From Salisapilia sapeloensis CBS 127946 (Eukaryota > Protista > Oomycota), in the NCBI GenBank assembly GCA_023334545.1, contig JAADVB010000112.1, forward strand, positions 1 to 56,549: a DNA stretch of 56,549 nucleotides, written 5' to 3'. A program made the translations under genes and the position numbers. Positions 1 through 10,499 of the stretch are shown one piece after another (the stretch's first letter is position 1; every line of letters starts with the position of its first letter). The notes beneath the pieces are model-generated. The model was not told the origin of the DNA, ran no database searches, and worked only from the letters and a program-made list of their open reading frames with translations.

Positions 1-314
1 AGTCTTCCACTACTAAAACCTAGTTGTAGTCGAACTTGACGATCTTTGATATCGGAGCGAATCGTATTCCAGACATTCCCAAGGAAGTGGCAGGATTAGT
101 GGAACTAGAAGACCTCTGGATGAATGACAATGGCGTCGACAGCTTCGGCCCAGTGGAACATTTGCAGCCATTGACCAAACTTACGACACTGTACTTGGAG
201 CGAAATCCGATTGCAAAGGACTTCGAGTACCGCAAGAGATTGCTAGAGATATTGCCGAACCTAGAACAGATCGATGCTGTGCCGACGACCAAAGCGCAAC
301 GAGTGATAGGTTGA
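1..314 (+). CDS. SDS22: 3' end of a leucine-rich-repeat protein, PP1 regulatory subunit SDS22/PPP1R7 (5' truncated by the window edge)
   Basis: LRRs LEDLWMNDN and LTTLYLERNPI, followed by the SDS22-type LRR cap (YRKRLLEILPNLEQIDA); stop TGA at 312-314. Confidence 0.85.
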
Positions 315-1625
315 AAGAATAAAGATACTTTCTCTAGTGACGTCTTGTACAACTGCATCTATGGACAGCTTGTAGGACTTGTGACCATGGGTAATTTCTA
401 CCCGGGTAGAGGACATAGCAGTTTAAAGCAGCGAAAGATTGGTTAAGTCGCTGTTTTGCATTACATAGCTAGATCTTGTTGATGTTTTATGCAAGTACCA
501 CGGATGCAAAAGTGTCCAAGCAATGTACATTTTTTGCATGTATGTAAGCGGGTAGCTGACATATTGAAACGATCGTAGGGACCATGTAACAATGGTACTT
601 GAGGCGAAAGATAGCTATGCGTAAAAGTTTCCATGATAAATGACTGTTATTTTGTATTGATTTAATTCGAAAAGTAACATTGTAATCTATAGAGCGCTAG
701 ACAACGTAAAAATTGTTGCTGAGTACGCACAGGATAGGCTATCGCTGCCTCTCGACCTGTGCCTTGTCCGTAAATGGCTCTTTATGGTGTAATATCTACG
801 TTTGTAGGACACAATCCGCAAGTCACTTGTCGCGAAAGTATCCATCCAAGTAATGACCCGGCTATACCTTGCAGACTAAGACATCTTTTCATAGATCATA
901 ATCTACGCCGGCTTGAAACTAACGGTTAGATCAGGTGGAGCAGTTGAAGCTTTCGCTCATCTTGGACGTGTACACGCATCAAGAGCCAATTGCAATAGGG
1001 AGCTTCAAAGTTGGGATGGAGAGTAGATCGTTTATTACTTCTGCCACAATTAGACGAAGTATTCACAGATTCCGTCACTCTTGCTATCTGCCTGATTTTC
1101 TTCAACGTTGATGCTATAGCACGTTAAAATTACGACGTACGTTTACTTTTGGAAATGCGAAATGCTCATACGTGTCTATTAAACTTTGAATATCTATTAT
1201 TGTGAATTGTTATAGTAGCGGGTGAGCGATGGAGGAGATCAGTTTTGGTAATGTGGATGCTGTTGTCTATCGTCAATGCTGTCGTACTCTATGTAAAATG
1301 AAAATACATATTTTTCTTGTTTATAATGAATATAGGCATCGCATCATCGACTTATTTCTCATAACATTCCCCAGCGCTCAGAATATCTATCGCCTTCACT
1401 CCACGCCTTGTATGGAGTAACATACGTCAGCACCTCGTATTCGTACGCTATGCAGACTACGAAATATTCGCAGTAACTGGCGTTGAAATTGAACCTGAGC
1501 AAGATCTGCAGTAGACGGACACGAGGTATAACAATCATCTCTGCCCTGACGGTAACTTTGCGCGTTACGTAGCTATGTCACACATTAAAATCTAGCTTAC
1601 GTCGCAAGTCGGATGCCACCGATAG

Positions 1626-2418
1626 TCACGACTGATCTACGTGTATCTTGGATGCGACAGCTTGAGAAGACGGACCTGTCAGCTTCCCGCTAAGGAGAAT
1701 GCACATGAAGCAATGACCTTTATAAACCACCATCCATCCACCGCAGTGCAAACACCGTAAATGCTTAATACATGCATTGTATATGCAGATACTCATGGAT
1801 GCTGCAATCCCGATCAGCATCAAAAATACTTTCCACACCCACGAATAGTCTCGCTCATCTGACCCTGGGATAGATCGGATGCGTATAACTTCGTTAATAG
1901 TTAATGGTGGGGTTTTACTCTCTGTGATTTCAATCGAGCAGTTGATAACACTTCTCCAGTACTGGGTGCCGTACTTCTCTGAATGCTCTTGGATAAAGAG
2001 TAAAAGAGAATAGCCGGTTAAATACGTAGACTTGGTCCGTTGCGGCAGTAAACACTCAATAATTTGATTGTCGTTTAACGTTCGACGTCGCGCAAATCGG
2101 AAAGCCAAGCTACTACGACTGACGCTCAAGCGTTGAACGTCGTTTAAAGGGCATGACAAGTTCCACGTTTCATCAGCACCTACCCAAGTTTCCACATCAC
2201 GATACCATTACAACGTTTCAATATGATCTACCTGTAATGGGTACAGGCTTCGTGCAGCATTGCAAGCAGTAGGGTAGGTATCGATTCTCGTCGACCGTAA
2301 ATTGAGCAAGAAAGGAATAGTCCTTTGGAAACCCTGCAGACGCGTTCTGTTCATTGCAAGCACTAAGTCCAAATCCGGAAAAGCATTGAGCATGTAGCTG
2401 CGTAGGGCTAATGCTCAT
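1626..2418 (-). CDS. Uncharacterised two-exon membrane protein: Cys-rich N-terminal part, one predicted TM helix, C-terminal CxxC...CxxC motif
   Basis: ORFs 2218-2418 and 1626-2195 join in frame via a 52-nt GT-AG intron (PITG|ADETW). Hydrophobic VWKVFLMLIGIAASMSICIY is followed by CLHC...CFMC. The start is uncertain. Confidence 0.55.
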
Positions 2419-2787
2419 TGTCGCAGGCTGAATAGCTCCGTAAATTCCGTACGTTTGCTACCGGTCACCTGATCAGCTCCTTGACCTTATCGATAATCAA
2501 TTGAAGTTATCATATACCTCATTCGGCGTCATCGTATCTCCACATCCTATCCACGTCGCAATATATACGCCCATGCATCTCCATCTCATCCTTTCGCTCT
2601 TTCAAGTAAAACGAAAACCACGTCGCAAAAATAGAAATTGGGATAAATCGATGTTTTTATTCATTCGTCAAGCAGTGCCAATGCTGCTCTTCTACGCTTC
2701 GCCTGCTCGCTCCAGATCAAAGTCGTGCGGATTTCCTTTTAAAAGTTACATCCAGTTTTTTTTAAATGTGAAAGTTGCTCCATGAAC

Positions 2788-3861
2788 TTAATTGTCCATC
2801 TTGATTTCTTTCTTCAAGAACGACAATATACGCCGATTCCGAGCGTACTTCTTCGCCCGGCAGCGGATGACTGCATCCACCTCGTCACTCTCCCTCTCCA
2901 AGTCATTCGACTGACTCGCACCAAAGTCGTCGGATTCCATGTCCGTCAACTCTTCCCCAGAGCTCGTTTCCAACACAAAACTCTTGTCTTCGCTGCTTTC
3001 GCTGATCATGCTGTCTTCCGACGCTCGGTCACTTCCGTCGTCCCGATTCTCCTCCATCACGGTTTCCAACGTCCCGCACTGGAAAACAGGTAGACGCTGA
3101 CTGACTTCCAAGGACGTCGGAAGCACCGGAAATGGCTTGCTGTAGCATAAAAGGTGGTTGTTGCTCTGCACTCGTTGCGATCCGAGGAAACCACGCATGA
3201 GGGAGAGGCCGACGTCGCTGACTTCGGAATGGTCGAGGTAATCCTCGTTGATCACGACTCGATGGGCGTTCACGAGGAACTCGAGCAAACTTTCACAAAA
3301 GTGCTGATCACGCTTCTTCTTCTGAAGACGATATTTGCGTTTTTTTGGAAAGTATTGCGAGTGGAGGAACTCGTAGAGCTTTGGAAACTCTGCAATGAAG
3401 AGTTTTAAATGGTCCTCGAGCATCGTTCGGAAGAGGGCAAAATCGGCGTAGGTGCGGTACAAGACCCACGACCGCCCTGTGATGGCGTTCTGGACGTGTA
3501 CACGGAACACGGTTTTCTCCTTTTTCACTGCCAGGGAGCTGTCTCTGGCCTTGATCGCGGAATAGTGCGTCGAGAGGGAGTCTCTCAGACGCTCCGACTT
3601 GCGCTCCTTTGGCTTGGGCACCGTCGTGACACTGTAGATGGACAGTGCGCCCATGCAGACCATGGACCGTTCGACGGTCGTGCCCCCCATGACCGTGGAG
3701 CCGCCACGGACAATGAGGCTGCAGCCCAGCGTTGCAGGTGTCTCTGGTTCCTCAGGCACCTTTTCATTCTCGTTCGGCCTCCTGCGTTTCGATAGCGACG
3801 CTCGTAGCGGCATGAGCACTTGATGCTTTTGATGTACGCTGCTTAATGACGAAATGGGCAC
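2788..3861 (-). CDS. PX (phox homology) domain protein with an acidic C-terminal region
   Basis: 357-aa ORF with PX signature VFRVHV...WVLYRTYADFALFR...FPKK...LLEFL. Confidence 0.8.
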   Translation of the reverse strand: MPISSLSSVHQKHQVLMPLRASLSKRRRPNENEKVPEEPETPATLGCSLIVRGGSTVMGGTTVERSMVCMGALSIYSVTTVPKPKERKSERLRDSLSTHYSAIKARDSSLAVKKEKTVFRVHVQNAITGRSWVLYRTYADFALFRTMLEDHLKLFIAEFPKLYEFLHSQYFPKKRKYRLQKKKRDQHFCESLLEFLVNAHRVVINEDYLDHSEVSDVGLSLMRGFLGSQRVQSNNHLLCYSKPFPVLPTSLEVSQRLPVFQCGTLETVMEENRDDGSDRASEDSMISESSEDKSFVLETSSGEELTDMESDDFGASQSNDLERESDEVDAVIRCRAKKYARNRRILSFLKKEIKMDN

Positions 3862-4365
3862 GGCGTGTGCAATCTACCGTGGGCAGATAGGACGGAAATG
3901 GGGAGCTGTCGGCAGTGGCCTATCGCGACAGATATCCAGCCCCGTGACCTAACGATCGATCGCAAGGAGCGATTCGGGCGGTGGGCTGGCTTCTTCTACT
4001 TCAACATCTGTTCCATCGTCTTTTGACACTTGCTCCCGATTGGGTACTGAAAGGATGGGGCGCGACATAGGAGGGAAAAAGTGGCGAGTACTAGGTGCTT
4101 TTCCTGCAGAAGAAGATGCTCTGAATGAGCCGCATCAGGCTTTTGCTGCACCTACGGATGAACGGCACTTTCAGGTGGAAACATTTAAACCTATGGACGA
4201 AAGGCGATGGTATCGAGAAACGAGTAGGATGCAAACACGGATGTATTAAGTAAATCGTCTTTTGGAAGCCTCTTCCCGTAGGTTCATTCGTCTCCATCGA
4301 TCGTTTCATACCACACTGTACACGCTGGACAAAATCGATGAAGACCAAGGCTAGAGCAAACGCGA

Positions 4366-5517
4366 TTAAAAGGTGAAATTTTGAGCGTTCTCCGCCTCCC
4401 CCGACGGAGGTGACGTCCGACTACCGTTACTGGACGGTGGTCGGGCCGGCATGCCGCGGCCGTCGTCACCCAATAGCTGCATCTCGATCGAATCCGTCCA
4501 GTCCAGCAAGGACTGATTCCTTCCGCTGCGTCCATCACCATAGTCGCCGTTAACAGAAGGTACTGGCGGAGGGTTCATGTCAAAGTACGATCTGGATGGG
4601 ACCGCGTTGCCCATTCGAGACGCCATCATCGGACTCGGTCGCCTTCTCTTCGATGCGCTCGATGCTCGCTCCATCATATCTATGTCGCTGTATCGCTTGT
4701 AGCTCGAAGATCTTGGCGCATGCGCAGGTAAAGACTGACCTCGCGGTCCTTCCGGGGATCGCTTGTTGCCGTTCACTCGCGTCGCCCGCGCCTTCTGCAA
4801 CATCATGGAGCTGGTAGAATGACCGGTGCCTGACCGCGCCTGGTGCATGGCGGCATTGTTTTCACGACCGTTCGGTGGCAGATATTGATCTTGCTGCATT
4901 GCGTGACTGCCTCCATTTGGGATTCTAGTGCGCGGAGCGGAGATCGCTGCCTCTTCTTCTGCCTGTCTAGCCAGAATCTCTTGCCGGTCATGCAGGAGGC
5001 CGCGCACTTGCGTCGTCACTTCTGCGAGCTGCGTCATGAGCGTTGACACGTGGTGTTGCAATCTTTCAACGGATCCTTTTAGCGTTTCGATTTCCTCCCT
5101 CTCTGGCGCAGAGGACCCTTCCGAGTAAGTTTTTCGACGGATTTGCGACATCAAGTACTGCTTATTACGAATAAACTTTTCATGGTAAAACTCCCACCAG
5201 CCTTTGGATTCATCCGTCACGCCGTTCTGTAGCATAGCGAGCTCCTCTTCCTCTCTCTTGCGTTTGCGAAAGCCATAGAAGTTCAGCTGACGTACAAAGG
5301 ACGAAAAGTTGTTATGCTTAAAGTAGCGTGGCAGCACTTGGCTTGCAAACTCGCGAGGGGCCTTGATGATAAAAGATGTGCCGGCTGGGGACCAGCAGGC
5401 GATGTGGTCCGGTGACGACTCGATCAAGTCGTACGTTTTGCGCAGGAACACAGGCGCTGGCTTGGTATCCTTTGACGACGTGCGCGCTGGCAGCGAGTTG
5501 AATCCACGCTCCTCCAT
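4366..5517 (-). CDS. Heat-shock-factor (HSF)-type transcription factor
   Basis: HSF DNA-binding domain PVFLRKTYDLI...LPRYFKHNNFSSFVRQLNFYGFRK...WEFYHEKF, then a coiled coil (LKGSVERLQHHVSTLMTQL) and a disordered tail. Confidence 0.93.
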   Translation of the reverse strand: MEERGFNSLPARTSSKDTKPAPVFLRKTYDLIESSPDHIACWSPAGTSFIIKAPREFASQVLPRYFKHNNFSSFVRQLNFYGFRKRKREEEELAMLQNGVTDESKGWWEFYHEKFIRNKQYLMSQIRRKTYSEGSSAPEREEIETLKGSVERLQHHVSTLMTQLAEVTTQVRGLLHDRQEILARQAEEEAAISAPRTRIPNGGSHAMQQDQYLPPNGRENNAAMHQARSGTGHSTSSMMLQKARATRVNGNKRSPEGPRGQSLPAHAPRSSSYKRYSDIDMMERASSASKRRRPSPMMASRMGNAVPSRSYFDMNPPPVPSVNGDYGDGRSGRNQSLLDWTDSIEMQLLGDDGRGMPARPPSSNGSRTSPPSGEAENAQNFTF

Positions 5518-5864
5518 GGTGAAGGTGAAGTTGTAGTTTGTGAAAAGTTGCGCGGAAAACGACTTTCAGACTTCGTTCGGTGGCGAGGTCGAAATCAGTG
5601 TATCAAGCAGCGGTAGGAATTTCAGATAGCACGCAATGAAATATGGTAGTGCCTTCCGAGACCTATGTGAAAGTAACAACGAGTACGCTGATCGGTGGCC
5701 TTTGTTCTGCCTTTTTCACTTAAGGAAGCAAAGAGAATGACACTAGATCTACTCCGGCCGCCACGTCGATTTAGCTGCATCGGATATATCCATCAAAATA
5801 GCTGCGTATTGAATTAACGGCGACGTTATTGCAAGAAACAAATCGAGTGCTTTTTCCCGCCAAA

Positions 5865-6761
5865 ATGACAAGCATGCAGCATCAAGTACTCGTTCGCAGT
5901 GCTGTGCCGTCTTCATGCCTTGAAAAGACTTCGGAAGTCGTATTAGGTATCGATGAAGCAGGTAGAGGACCGGTGCTTGGTCCCATGGTCTATGGAGCAG
6001 CCTACTGGGATAAATCCATGGACGACGAGATGCAGACAAAGGGCTTTAACGACTCCAAGCAGCTCTCTGCTGCAAGTCGGGAACAAATCTTTGATCAGAT
6101 GAAGGAAACGGTGGATCTAGGCTGGATCGTCCGTATCCTGTCTGCCGCTGAAATCTCCGACAGCATGCAGCTCCAGACGAGCAATTTGAACGAACTTTCT
6201 CGCAGCGCAGCCGTCCAGCTTATTAAAGAGACACAAGACAAAGGTGTGAATGTCACGAAAGTCTACGTTGACACGGTCGGGGATCCTCAAAAGTATCAGA
6301 ACTGGCTGACAAAGTACTTTAACGACACAATCGACTTTACCGTGGCGAAAAAAGCAGATAGTATATACAAAGTCGTGAGTGCTGCGAGTATTGCAGCCAA
6401 GGTGACACGAGATAAGATTTTGGAAGAATGGGACTGGGAGACACCGTCTATAGAGCTAGAAAAGTCGTTTGGATCGGGATACCCGAGCGATCCGAGGACC
6501 AAGGAATGGTTACAGAAGAATATTCAGCCTATTTTCGCCTTCCCCAACATTGTCCGATTTAGCTGGGGCACCGTAACGTCCATTCTGGAGGATGGAAAGA
6601 GTACAGTAGCTGTCGACTGGCCGCACGACAAGACGTTGGAGAAAAAGAATGCGCCAAAAGGCACGTCGAATATCTCATCTTTCCTCGGCAGCAAGCCAAA
6701 AGCTCAAGGCAGAGCAAATTTCTTCAAGCAGAGAGGAATGCAGGACGTTCAAGACTTTTAA
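5865..6761 (+). CDS. RNASEH2A: Ribonuclease H2 catalytic subunit A
   Basis: GIDEAGRGPVLGPMVY, DSKQL, VYVDTVG, KADSIYKVVSAASIAAKVTRD, GSGYPSDP motifs. First ATG in the ORF is at 5865. Confidence 0.97.
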   Translation: MTSMQHQVLVRSAVPSSCLEKTSEVVLGIDEAGRGPVLGPMVYGAAYWDKSMDDEMQTKGFNDSKQLSAASREQIFDQMKETVDLGWIVRILSAAEISDSMQLQTSNLNELSRSAAVQLIKETQDKGVNVTKVYVDTVGDPQKYQNWLTKYFNDTIDFTVAKKADSIYKVVSAASIAAKVTRDKILEEWDWETPSIELEKSFGSGYPSDPRTKEWLQKNIQPIFAFPNIVRFSWGTVTSILEDGKSTVAVDWPHDKTLEKKNAPKGTSNISSFLGSKPKAQGRANFFKQRGMQDVQDF

Positions 6762-7383
6762 ATAGGAGTAGATGCATGTAAAACCAACAAACAGGGACTT
6801 TCATCTTTTGGGTTTACGCCTAAAGATACGCTTTTTATCGATAAGATACCGTGGATTGTTGCCTAGCTTCCACTATCGTGACCTGATCTTCCACTCGAAG
6901 GCCGAGATGCTTTTTGTATCCCTGACCATCTCCCAGTTCTGAGTTTCTTCTGGGTTTCCATCACAAACAGTCGAAAACCTCTCTTGTCACCAGCTCTATC
7001 TGTGCTTTCGTAGAAAATCTAGCCTCGAGCAAGCCTACATTGAAGTAACATCAGAAACTTCTCTATTGCGTTTCTTATCCGCATGAGTTACTAGGAAATG
7101 TTTCTGCTCTTCTTATCTTTATAAGTTGAAACTGTATCATTTAGCCTCACTTACACGCGCATTTTTGACGCCAAACAGCTATATAACACGGGAATGACCA
7201 CTACTACAACTGTCTTTGTGTTCTATAACCCATATATGGTTTCTTGAGATCCCAGTCCAATGTCTCCTGTTTGTTTCAATCCAAAACGTTTCTGCACAAT
7301 TTGGAAAGAGAAAGATGAGATGGCTAGTTAAAAGTATTTGTATTTTATACATGCCTAGGGCCTTGTTCCGATCCAAACTGTGT

Positions 7384-8560
7384 CTAGATCGAGAGACCAA
7401 TTTCGGCCACTCGGCAGTCAATGATCGTTTCTGCGCCGATGCTCACATCTTCGATCAGTAGGTTCTCAATCTCGCCACCGTCGGCGAAGCTACTCGGCCA
7501 AAAGTGCGCGCAGGAATGCGACGTCTGGAGCCACCCAATGTGCTTTAAAGCCGAGGCGACGAGACTGGAGCAAAAGTATTTCCTCTTGGACTTTTTTACT
7601 TTTGTCGGGGCAACCAAGTCCGTATCCTCTTCCGTCTCGCCGGCACTTTCACCTATCTCTGTTGCTGACAAGCGAGGTACCGTCTGATCCAAGTTGGATG
7701 GAGACGTCGCTTTTTCCAATTTGTCATTTGCTGCTTCTATCGCTGTCAACGGATCTTTCTTCCTTCTTCTTGTAGACCCTCCTCGTTCGTTTAGTAGTCC
7801 CAAGAGACTGTACGAGTTACCATCTAATGCCTCAGCGAACTCCTTCAACCTGCGTTTCATGACAGGAGTACGTTCGCCTGTGATGCGCCTAACAACGATC
7901 GAGTTGGTGATATCCTTCGAGTACGCTAGTACCCGAGGTTTCAAAGCGTAGAGGTGAACGCCAGAGGAAGTAGCTTCCAAAAGTCTCAGCAGTCCTGGCG
8001 AGTGTCCTGGTACGACCACTGCGACGTGGTCATAGTCCGACAACGTAACTGCCCGTGTCATGGCACTGACACTGAACTTGCACGAGAAGAGCAGAATGTC
8101 TCCTGGTGCTAATGTGTTTTCTAGTGATCGTAAATGCAGAATCTTTTTCACGCTTTTCGTCTCGGACAGTGGAAAGTGGGGAGACGTGGAGCATGCACCG
8201 ATGAACTCGAGAAAGAGGACGTCCATTGCAACGTCGTCCTTCTGGAGCATGTCTTGTAAATACGCTTCCAACTGCATTCTCTGTTTATCCGTGACCAAGG
8301 CGTTTTGCTGGGAAAAGAGAGACGATTGGGCTCTTTTGGGTGCTTGCATGGACGATAGCGCTGGGATTTTAGCCACAAGCGCTCGATGCAAGCCTTTGAA
8401 CTCGTCATAGCGGCGACTGACGTTCCACGCGAGTTCATTGAACTCGACTCGAATGGAAAAGTGCGTCACTTTACGTCGAATCCCGAGTTCACTGCGCCTG
8501 TGCGAAGCAAAGGGAATCGAAAGTGATAGCTGCGGAGAAGTGGACGTCGTTAGCATTGTA
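7384..8560 (-). CDS. PX domain fused to a permuted papain-like NlpC/P60 (YiiX/YebB-type) cysteine hydrolase; 5' exons probably extend to about 8810
   Basis: PX motif VSRRYDEFKGLH...LEAYLQDML, then GDILLF, DYDHVAVV (His), LLEATSSGV, and YFCSSLV (Cys) with His preceding Cys, the permuted order. Confidence 0.8.
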
Positions 8561-10499
8561 ATGGGTAGTATGTGCAGTACATGCACCCTGTTGCGGTGCA
8601 GTCCAAAAGGAAAATAAACCCGTTGCTTGGAGTGGCAGGCCAAACGCTGACTTGGTAGGTGAGGAAGGCGGGGGACGTGGGTGGAATTCGGCTACAAAAA
8701 GTAACTCGAATGGGATAAAGATTCGTGGGGCAGATGCGATAGTGAATAATACGGCGCGGGATAGGAAGCGACCGGCCGGTAGCGAAGCGGACGAAACACT
8801 TCGTCTCATGGACGATGGGCGTAAGGTAATGCGCACCAATTTGAATAGACCCGTTGGACAGGCGAAATTAGACAACGATTGCAATCTGCTTGTGCAAGAA
8901 TGCGTGGAAAGGAGCTCGAACAGAGTACTCTCGGCTACGATGGTGTGGCTTATAGCATCAGAATCCACTTGCAAGAGAGGACGGCAGAGTTAGAGGGGGC
9001 AAGTAAAGTTCAGTTACTCAAAGGAAGAGGCAAGTGAAAGATCCAACTCGAATTTGTCATCATAAATAGATAGTCATGACATGCATTCCCAGATAGTAAT
9101 GAGGTAACTTAAGCGGGTTTCGTATTCAACCTCCCAGTTCTTGCCCTCAGTATAGCTCGCATACAAGCACACGCACGTCAGGGATTATTTTACTAGTATA
9201 CGGATACCCAGACGTCATGACAGACAATGTATCTTGGGGCTTTGCGAATTTGTCGTTTCTTATCCACCAGTCGCAACCTTGGTTCTACGCAGCGTTTCAT
9301 TCTATGTCCAGTGGAAGGCAACAAACCCATGTTTCTCTCTCTTTTCTATTGAAAGTGCGCTTTATCGTTCATCGCAATGAAGTGATATTCACGCTTCGAT
9401 CTCTCCCAACATCCGTGTGTACTACAATGCACCGCACTTAATTAATTTGAGCAAATGACGCACCCAGTTACAATCATCTCTTGCGTAGGATTGTCCACTT
9501 GTCTGGGTATCCTCAGAATTCGAATTCCTACTGCATGGATAGCCTGTGTTCATTTACGGCTTAATTATATCTTTCGATTACCGAATCTGTATCTGGTACT
9601 TGGTGTGGATACGCACGTCCAGCCATTCTGAATAAGGAGAGATCCTCGATTGTCAAGATGCTTTTACTAAAATGGCACCAGCGATTTAAAGGGTAGAGCG
9701 CTGGACACTATAGCTCATGCTGTTCGTAGCGATGTACAGTACAATCGTATTTAGAGGTAGGACATAGACACAGGCGAGTATCGATTGCACTCCCTATGAT
9801 AGCGCTGCGGAATGACTGCATTTGCAGCGTGTCCGCCTCTGTGACGTCATCTCCAGGGCGAGTGCCATGAAACATCTTGTTCAAGGATTTCAACTTACCG
9901 CGAAATAGACTTTCCACAGTACAACCGGAGCTCAGATTTTTTGCGATTCTGGCGATTGCTTCCCACTTCCTTCAACTAGATGCTTACCACACTTTGAAAA
10001 ATTGGAGAATACGTGATTTGATGTCTAAAAGTGCATGCTTTATGTGATGAATTAGACTTGTGCGGGTTAATGTCGACCCAAAGCGGGCGTACACAGCTAC
10101 CTTCTAACAATTCTACACCTATAAAAGATATTTAAATTCGTCGATCTATCTACTTTGATCATCAACTCTACGTATCCGCCAGCAGTATCCAAGTTGAAGA
10201 CTACGACGATGAAGCATCAGATCATTGAACCTCTTGCGCTTCCCAACAAATTAATTATTCGCTACGCCTTTAGCTTCCATTCTAGTCAATTTGTGATAGA
10301 CGCTATGCACTTTAACTCGAAACCTCATCTCACATCCCGTTTTGCATGGATCCAGCTTCCCATTAATTTGGACTCGACGATCTTACATACATCTTACCAA
10401 GTACACCCAAGATACGTTCACCAGCGACCATCCGAGCATGTTGCGTGCTACAAATGCGTATATCAGTTTATCGCCATGTTCTACACGCACCTGATCCAA

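Noticed and set aside
360-1620. 1.2-kb region containing ORF 1229-1420
   Set aside because: Stops in all frames and no motif, terminal repeat or RNA structure recognised.
9708-9917. 69-aa minus-strand ORF containing MFHGT...AIDTRLC, reminiscent of a PARP catalytic motif
   Set aside because: Motif spacing is off, the downstream Tyr/Glu motifs were not found and the ORF is short; likely chance. A profile search could revisit it.
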